Below, piece after piece: positions 56,012 to 64,000 of a DNA stretch of 64,000 nucleotides. Made by a program: the position numbers and the translations under genes. The notes under the pieces were generated by a model that was not told the DNA's origin, did no database searches, and saw only the letters and a list, made by a program, of their open reading frames with translations. The first letter of the stretch is position 1, and each line of letters opens with the position of its first letter. The stretch is from Torpedo marmorata (Eukaryota), in contig OZ360232.1 of assembly GCA_977017645.1 (NCBI GenBank), positions 58,962,001 through 59,026,000 of the forward strand, in the 5' to 3' direction.

Positions 56012-57900
56012 ACTGGATAGCAGATAATGTTCAAGGACATGGGTGGTGATGGAAACCATGTGTACTCACAGCAACCACATCTGTAGTAAGTGTTTGCAAC
56101 TTGAGGAAATCCTGTTCAGTGTTGTTGAGCTCAATGAAGTGATCATCAAGGACAGTATATTTAGACGGGGCTGGGAGATACCAATTTCTGCAGCTACAAG
56201 TATGAGACCTGAAAGTTGTGTTGCTTGCCTCGTCCTGGCATTAAGGACAATTTGTCAGCGCTGGAGAGGAAATTAAGTTGAGCAGGATCAGTGTGTTGTT
56301 CTTCATATGGAAGATAATTATATAGAACAGAGAAAGAATTTCTGCTGAAAGTTTATAAGTTGTTGGGCTGAGAATCTGTGATTCCACCACTGCAATGCAT
56401 TTGGGAGAGGAAGTGTCTAAATTCCAAAATTCAATTTAAAAGTAATAATCTCTGTATTACCATCTGAGCAAATTGGCAAAGGGTCAATAAGATCAAAGAC
56501 ATGTGGGAGAAATGAGGTTTGGTTCAACAGTATTGGGAAAGAGGGAGATGATCCTTTGGGATGTGCTTCACTTGAATTGGTCTGGGACCAATGTCTTAGC
56601 AAATCAAATAACCAGGGCTATGGATCAGGCTGCAAACTAAATTGGGAGGAGCAGAGAGTGGCTCAGTGTTCTGGTGAAGAGATTTAATAATTTAAAAAGA
56701 AAGGACAAAGTGATAGTACAGGGTGCAAAATGTGTGAAAATAATAGTTTTCCCCCAATCTGGGATGGCACATGCGATAGTATAACTCCAATTAGAGTCAA
56801 AACAAATAAACAACTAAAAATGTAGGGCGGGAGGAGAATATAATTTACGGAGGCTTGGTCCTGTTGGCGGCTGGGGCCAGGGTGAGAGTTCACATCGGAG
56901 GCTTTGTCCTGTCGGCGGCTGGGGCCAGGGTGAGAGTTCACATTGGAGGTTTGGTCCTGTTGGCGGCCGGGGCCAGGGTGAGAGTTCACATCGGAGGCTT
57001 GGTACTGTGGGCTGCTGGGGCCAGGGTGAGTGTTCATGATGGAGGCTCAATCCTGAGGGTGACTGGGGCCAGGGTGGGAGTTTGCGACATCTAATTGACT
57101 GATGCGAAATGAAGGCTCTTTATCAGAATATGTGCTGTATTCAGAACATGACAGGTGACTTAATGGCACAAATAGGAACAATCTAATGCCCATTACAGAG
57201 ATTTAGTTGCAAAGTGACAGAACTGAATATTCCCAGATACATTTAGAAGAAAAAGACAACATGGAAAAGAGGTTGATTGACACCAACAATGAAAGTTAGG
57301 ATAAAGCCAGCAGAGAGGAAAGAAGTAGAATCAGTTTGGGAGGAGCTAAGAAACAGCAAGAAGCAGAAAAAGAAATAGTAGGGGCTGTCTATAGTCCCCC
57401 AAAGAACAGTGGTATTGCAGGGCACCGTATCAATCAGGAAATCAGAAATATGTGTAAGAAAGTTAGTGCCATGTTGTTGGGTACTTTCATCAGCAAATAG
57501 ACTGGGCAAACTGAGATAATATGAAAATGAATTCATGGTTTTTCAGATCTGTATTTTAAGGACCAGTGAGGGGTGGTTATTTTAGATCTAATATTGTGTA
57601 ATGGGAAAAGGCTAATTTATGATCAGGTAGTTAAGGGGTCTTTAGAGAACAATGATTGTAATATAATAGAAATTTATATAATGGAATGTAATTTAGTTCA
57701 TTCTGTCACCACAGTCAAATCTGAATAAGGCAAAGTATGAAGAAGGAGTGGAGTGTGAACTGGCTATTGTTGATTGGGAAACTATGTTAAAAAGTAAACA
57801 AACACAGGCTAACATTTAAAGAATTAATGTACAGTTTACAAGTAATGTGTATCCCTTTAAGGGAAAGGGAAAAGTATTGAGCCAGGGCTGTTGAAAACTT
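56012..57900 (+). mobile_element. Highly degraded CR1 5' region (ORF1/APE)
   Basis: NHICSKCLQLEE (ORF1 zinc motif), GAVYSPP (APE) and LDLILCN-like remnants. Confidence 0.45.
56848..57090. repeat. 48-bp minisatellite, ~5 copies
   Basis: (C/T)GGAGG starts at 56848, 56896, 56944, 56992 and 57040. Confidence 0.9.
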
Positions 57901-57907
57901 AAAGAGC

Positions 57908-58153
57908 AAAATTTAAATTTAAATTTAGACATACAGCACGGTAACAGGCCCTTTCAGCCCAATTACACCCAATTGACCTACAACCCCCGGTACATTTCGA
58001 ATGGTGGGAGGAAACCGGAGCCCTCGGGGAAAACCCACGCAGACACTGGGAGAATATACAAACTCCTTACAGACAGCGCGGGATTCGAACGCCAGTCCCG
58101 ATCACTAGTGCTGTAACAGCGTTGCGCTAACCGCTACGCTAACCGTGCCGTCC
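57908..58153 (-). mobile_element. tRNA-derived V-SINE (HE1-like)
   Basis: Same family as 17766-18043. Confidence 0.85.
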
Positions 58154-58877
58154 GCAAAGGAAAAGGTTTAACATGTTGCCAAGCCCCAAACCCCTCCCCC
58201 CGCTCTCTGCCAACTAATCTTGAGGATTGGGAACATTTCAGAATTCAGTGAAGGAGGACTGAGTATTACAAGTAAAAATACAATATGCAAGAAAACTAAA
58301 ATCAGAATGTAAGGCCTTCTAGAGATAAATAGAATAGATTAGCAAACATTAATGTGGATTCCTGGCAGGCTGAAACACAAGAAATACAGAGGATGCAGTG
58401 CAAACTGTGAAGGAGAAAGCTGCATTTGAGGATTACATGATGCTGATATTTCAGGGTCATAGAATCAGAGCTACTTACAGCATAGAAGTGTTCCATGCAG
58501 TTCATGTCATCCAGAAATAGACTTTTGGTCAATCCCACTTGCCATCTATTAATCAACAACCCTGCATGTTATGGCTCTACAGGTGCTCATTTAAATGTGG
58601 TGAAGGCTTCTTCCACCACAGATTTTTCCAGTGTCATACCACCACTTGCTGTGTGAAATGATTTCTTGTCTACTCTTTACTAACCCTTCTATCAATTAGT
58701 TTAAATCTGAACTTCCAATATAGTGATGTTGCCATGGAGAATGGAGAAATGTTGTTTACCCTGTTCACTTCATTATTTCATACACCTATATTAAATCTCC
58801 CTTCAGGTGTTTTTATTCAAAAGAAAATAACTTCAGCTCCTTATAATTATAATTCTCCACTCAGAACTCTAACTATG

Positions 58878-59398
58878 GTGAAAAACACAAATGCTGGAGA
58901 AACTCAGCAGGTCAAACAGTGTCTTTTATGTAGCAAAGGTAGAAATACATAACCGACGTTTCGGGCTTGAGCCCTTCATCAAAGTATGAAAAAATGCCGG
59001 CAGGCGTCCGAACAGAAGAGTGAGGGGGAAGGGGGGGTGGCAAAGACAGGAGATGATAGGTGGAGAAAGGAGGGAGGGGACAGCAGCAAAGAGGGGGAGG
59101 AGGGATGGCTGGGTAGGTGGAAAAAACAGGAAGGACAGGTGAGGGGGGAGCGGAAGGAAATGACAAGCAGGTTTAGTGGAAAGCAGAAAAGTCAATGTTA
59201 ATGCCATCTGGCTGGAGAGTGCCCAGACGGAAAATGAGATGTTGTTCCTCCAATTTGCGGGTAGTCTGGGTGGGATAGTACATAAGGCCATGGACAGACA
59301 TGTGAGTGTGGAAGTGTGACCCGGAATTGAAATGGTTGGCTACTGGGAGGTCGCTGTTGTTGCGGACGGAGAGGAGGTGCTCAGCAAAGCGGTCTCCC
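58878..59398 (-). mobile_element. Penelope 3' fragment with hammerhead (58946-58989)
   Basis: Near-identical to 2378-2868 and 1030-1081; GIY-YIG C-terminus. Confidence 0.9.
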
Positions 59399-62300
59399 AT
59401 GTACTCACGGTTCCCTTTCGCCATTCCCTGCCCCGATACCTCGGCCACCTTAGTCATAAAGGCCTTCCGCAAACTCTTCACGTTGTTTGGATACCCCTGC
59501 TATATCCATAGTGACCGGAGGTCCTCATTTATGAGTGACAAGCTGCAACAATATCTGCTGGCCAAGGGTATCGCCACTAGCAGGACCACGAGCTATAATC
59601 CATGGGGTAACAGACAAGTAGAAAGGGAGAACGCCACGGTCTGGAAGGCCACACTCTTAGCCCTCAGGTCTAAGGGATTACCAGTCTCCCGCTGGCAAGA
59701 AGTCCTTCCCGAGGCACTCCACTCTATCCGATCCCTGCTATGTACATCCACCAATGCCACACCTCATGAGAGACTCTTTTCCTTCCCTAGGAAGTCGACC
59801 ACCGGGACTACCCTACCAGCATGGCTGACGTCCCCAGGGCCAGTGCTGCTCCGCAAACATGTCAGGAGCAGTAAATACGTCCCAATGGTCGAGAGGGTCC
59901 AATTATTACATGCAAACCCCCAGTACGCTTACGTGGTTTTTCCTGATGGGCGAGAAGACACGATCTCCATCCGGGACCTGGCGCTAGCAGGAGCACTGGA
60001 ACCTGCTCTCGAACATCCCTTTGTTACGGTTACCCTCTTGCCTACCATTTTTTTTTTTTTTTAATATTTTATTTAAATTTTTAAATCACAAAATACATAA
60101 GATAATTTTGCATATATTTAAAAATACATGTGATATACATTTTCTACCCCCCTTCCCACCCTCCCCTCCCTAACCCCTATATCCCCACTACTCTAAAAAT
60201 AAAATATAGTAAAAGAGAAAAAGAAAAAGGAAAGAGAAAAATAGAGTGAGGAGACAACAAACTTCAAACTAATTCTACCATAGAGGTTATTTTCGCCAGT
60301 GGATCCGATATCTAGAGAATTTAAATTGTTAAACCCATAATTCTCATATATGGGCCTCAAACTTTCAAGAAAAAATGATATTTATTTCGCAAATTGTAAG
60401 TAATTTTTTCTAATGGTATACATGAATGTAACTCTGCATGCCATCGTTCTAAATTTAAATCCACATCTGACTTCCAAGTAATAGCTATACACTTTTTCGA
60501 AACTGCTAATACTATACGTAAAAATTCTACTTGGTACATATTTAATCTATTTCTAATACTAAATTTTTTAATATCTCCAAATAAAAATAACATAGGATCC
60601 ATTGTAAACCCAACATTAAAAATTCTCTCTAAAAAATTCTTAACTTTCAACCAAAAATCTTGAATTTTTGAACATAACCATGTACAATGAACAAAAGAAC
60701 CTATTTCACATTTACATCTAAAACACATATCTGATAACGCTGGATTAAATTTCTTCAATTTTTTAGGTGTTAAATATAATTGATGAAAAAAATTATATTG
60801 TACTAATCTATATCTAACATTAATAACTTTAGTCATACTTAATTTACATAAGTCTTTCCAATGATTTTCATCTATATTAACATTTAAGTCTAGTTCCCAT
60901 TTTAATCTAGATTTATGTAACCCTACTTTAGACATCTTTCTCTGAAATAATTTATACATTTGTGATTTAAACTTATTAATATTAACTTTAGTAATTAACA
61001 ATTCCAATTCATTTTGTCTTGGTGCTATTAATTCATTCCCTAACATCTCAGTCAAAAAGGCTTTAACTTGAAAATAAACTAACATTGTATTGTCTAGTAT
61101 ATTAAATTTTTCTTTTAACCTTTGAAAAGTAACGAATCTACCAGCTTCAAAACAATCTTTTAAGGTCTTAATTCCCTTTTGAAACCATAATTTAAGTAAC
61201 TGATTATCAATAGAAAATGGTATAAGCAGATTTTGGTATATTGGTGTATTTAAAGAAATTGATCCTTTCCGACCTATCTCTTTATCTACCTGTGACCAAA
61301 TTTCCAACAAATGTTTAATAATTGGTGAATTTTTCTTTTTAGCTAATAACAATTTAGAATTCCACTTATAAATAATCTCTTCTTTATGTATTTCTCCTAT
61401 ATTATTCAATTCTATATTAATCCAAGCAGAAGATTTAGTTGAATCAAAAAATTCATTAATACATTTTAATTGAGCTACTTTGTAATAATACTGAAAATTA
61501 GGAAGTTGCAATCCTCCCATCTCATAATTCCATGTTAATTTATCTATACTTACTCTTGCCAACTTTCCTTTCCATAAAAATTTCCTAATAACAAATTTTA
61601 AATCCTTAAAAAATTTATTTGGGATACCAAAAGGAATCGATTGAAAAAGATATTGAATTCTTGGAAAAACATTCATTTTAATACAGTTTACTCTTCCCAT
61701 CAAAGTTATAGGTAAGTCTTTCCAAAGTTCTAAGTCTTTTTTTATTTTCATAAATAAAGGTATATAGTTTAATTTATACAAATTTTCCAGCTTTGTATCC
61801 ACTTTAACTCCCAAATATTTAATACTTTCTTTAGCCCATTTAAACTCCGTAACCTCTCTACATCTAGTACAATCCCCTTGAGATAAAGCCAAAATCTCAC
61901 TTTTATCTGAATTAATTTTATATCCAGATATCTCACCATATTCTATCAATATAGTAGCCAATTGCTGAAGTGATGTGACAGATTTTGTCATATATATTAA
62001 TACATCATCTGCAAACAAGCTAATCTTATGTTCTTCCCTACCAACTTTTATACCCATTATATTTATATCTTCTCTAATCATTTCAGCTAAAGGCTCTCTT
62101 ACCAAAACAAATAAAGCAGGTGACAGAGGGCATCCCTGTCTTGTTGATCTTGATAATAAGAATTTTTGCGATATTTGTCCATTTGTAACTACTTTAGCTG
62201 TAGGTTCTTTGTATATAGTTTTAATCCAATTTATAAAAATATTTCCAAAACCAAATTTTTCCAAAACCTTAAATAAAAAATTCCACTCTACCCTATCAAA

Positions 62301-63342
62301 AGCCTTCTCTGCATCCAATGTTACCACTAATGGTAAATCTTGTTTCTTCTTATATAAATTAATCAAACTTATCAATCTAGCTATATTATCTTTCGAATAT
62401 CTATTCTTAATAAATCCAGCTTGATCTGAATGTATCAAGTTTGGTAAATATTTAGCTAATCTATTTGCTAAAATTTTTGCCATTATTTTATAATCTACAT
62501 TTAACAATGAAATAGGCCTATAAGACTCAGTTTTCAACACATCTCTATCTTTCTTTGGTATAACTGTAATAATAGCATTTAAAAATGTCTTCGGTAATAA
62601 ATGAGTTTCAGTAACTTGATTCAATACCTCCATATATAAAGGTATCAATAAATCTTTAAATTCTTTATAAAATTCTACTGGAAACCCATCATCACCCGGA
62701 GATTTACCACTTTTCAACGTCGATATTGCCTCAGTAACTTCTCTCATCGTAACAGGTAGGTCCAAAGAATATTTACTCTGAACATTCAGTTTAGGTAGAG
62801 TAATTTTAGATAAAAATCTATTAATCTTCATATCATCATGATCGATCTTGCCTACCATTGAGGAAACACAAGAGGCACCACTCAATTCCAGCACGACATC
62901 ACATGCACCAGCATTTTCGCGATCACCAGACGTGGCAGTACCCCAGATCAGGCAGGAGGTAGCTCCGCCACCTGCCCCATCACCACAAGTACTGCGCCGA
63001 TCACAATGGCAGACTCGACCGCCTGATCGACTTGATCTGTAATGTTAATGTTAATATAAATGTTATTATACACTTCCCCCGCTGGACTCTTTTAAAAAGG
63101 AGGGGTGAATGTGGTAAACCACTGTATATGGATTGTGGGCTGGTGATAAGTCTGGACATGCCCTGCTGACTGTCCCAGTGGCTCCTCCCACAAACCCCCT
63201 TGAATAAAGGCCATTGTGCCACGGCTCCTCCCCCAGTCCGGGACAGAACATCAGCACGAATGTAGCTCCATTCTTTTGCTAATAAAAGCCTTTCAGTTCT
63301 TGTGTAACTTCTAGTCTTTTGGAGTTATTGATGGGCTCATCA
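59399..63342 (+). mobile_element. Gypsy element 3' part: integrase + PPT + 3' LTR (63110-63342), split by L1
   Basis: YSRFPFAIPC, HSDRRSSFMS, QVEREN; PPT AAAAAGGAGGGGTGAA; TGTGG...TCA LTR with AATAAA. Confidence 0.85.
60050..62845 (-). mobile_element. Young 5'-truncated L1 (RT + CCHC)
   Basis: ORF of ~830 L1 codons: KSPGDDG, YRPISLLN, LDAEKAFD, RQGCPLSP, LFADD. PolyA and 14-bp TSD TCTTGCCTACCATT (60036-60049, 62846-62859). Confidence 0.95.
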
Positions 63343-63730
63343 CATACACCTCTGGTTTTCCCTTCCAAAAGTCCACAATCAGCTCCTTGATTTTGGTGAC
63401 ATTGAGTGAGAGGTTGTTGTTAATATACCATTCAACCAAATTTGCAATATCCCTCCTGTATGCTGACTCATCGCCCCTCTTTATACAGCCCACTACTGTG
63501 GTATCATCAGCAAATTTGTAGATGGTGTTATTGTCGTACCGAGCCACACATTCATGGGTATAAAGCAAGTAGAACATAGGGCTAAGTACACAGCCCTGTG
63601 ATGCTCCGATACTGATGTAGATTGTGGAGGAGATATTCTTACCAATCTGCAATGATTGTGGTCTGGAGGTGAGGAAATCCAGGATCCAATTACACAGTAA
63701 GGAATTGAGGCCCAGGTCTCAGAGTTTGCT
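63343..63730 (-). mobile_element. Rex1/Babar RT fragment
   Basis: [20 protein letters not shown]. Confidence 0.85.
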
Positions 63731-63744
63731 GTTCTACCTTTGAG

Positions 63745-63991
63745 AATTTTTAAATTTTGACATACGGCACCAAAACAGGCCCTTCCAGCCCATAAGCCCA
63801 TGCTGCCCATATACCCCAATTAAACAAAGACTCCTTATATTTTGAATGGTAGGAGGAAACCGGAACACCCGGAGGAAACCCATGCACACATGGGGAAAAT
63901 GTACAAACTCCTTACAGACAGTGGAAGATTAGAACCTGGGTCGCTGGCACCGTAAGAGCGTTGTGCTGACCTCTACGCTAACCGTGCCGCC
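63745..63991 (-). mobile_element. tRNA-derived V-SINE (HE1-like)
   Basis: Same family as 17766-18043. Confidence 0.85.
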
Positions 63992-64000
63992 AATTTGTGG

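Noticed and set aside
56848-57090. Possible CRISPR-like arrays (also 13195, 22801, 50557)
   Set aside because: Head-to-tail units without unique spacers, no cas genes, eukaryotic context.
59306-60064. 252-aa ORF as a Penelope-integrase fusion protein
   Set aside because: The Penelope part is read antisense, and the integrase lacks its N-terminus and ends in the L1 polyT.

Overview
Eukaryotic, repeat-saturated vertebrate DNA, most likely a cartilaginous fish (ray or shark). This is inferred from the HE1-like V-SINEs and the CR1, Rex1, L1 and Neptune-type Penelope elements. No host gene is confidently identifiable; there are only two weak candidate exons near 19.7 and 21.8 kb. The window is a stack of nested mobile elements, and many boundaries can be fixed exactly by target-site duplications (TSDs). 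Main points: (1) a very young class I endogenous retrovirus (HERV-I-like; 405-bp LTRs with 1 mismatch seen; 40336-45388, minus) lacking NC, PR, the RT N-terminus and nearly all of env, yet keeping one 1129-codon Gag-RT'-RNaseH-IN fusion frame. (2) It sits inside one of two Gmr1-like (IN-before-RT) gypsy elements that share the same RT-core deletion, i.e. an apparently RT-less non-autonomous family. (3) Penelope insertions with inverted arms, long TSDs, a reproducible end asymmetry and hammerhead ribozymes with a C3U core variant. (4) A hAT-type MITE built from two inverted SINE tails. (5) A perfect p53 response element in an LTR, and a STAT/GAS motif cluster in another LTR-like sequence. (6) A 5'-inverted (twin-primed) L1. 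All calls are by eye, without database searches.
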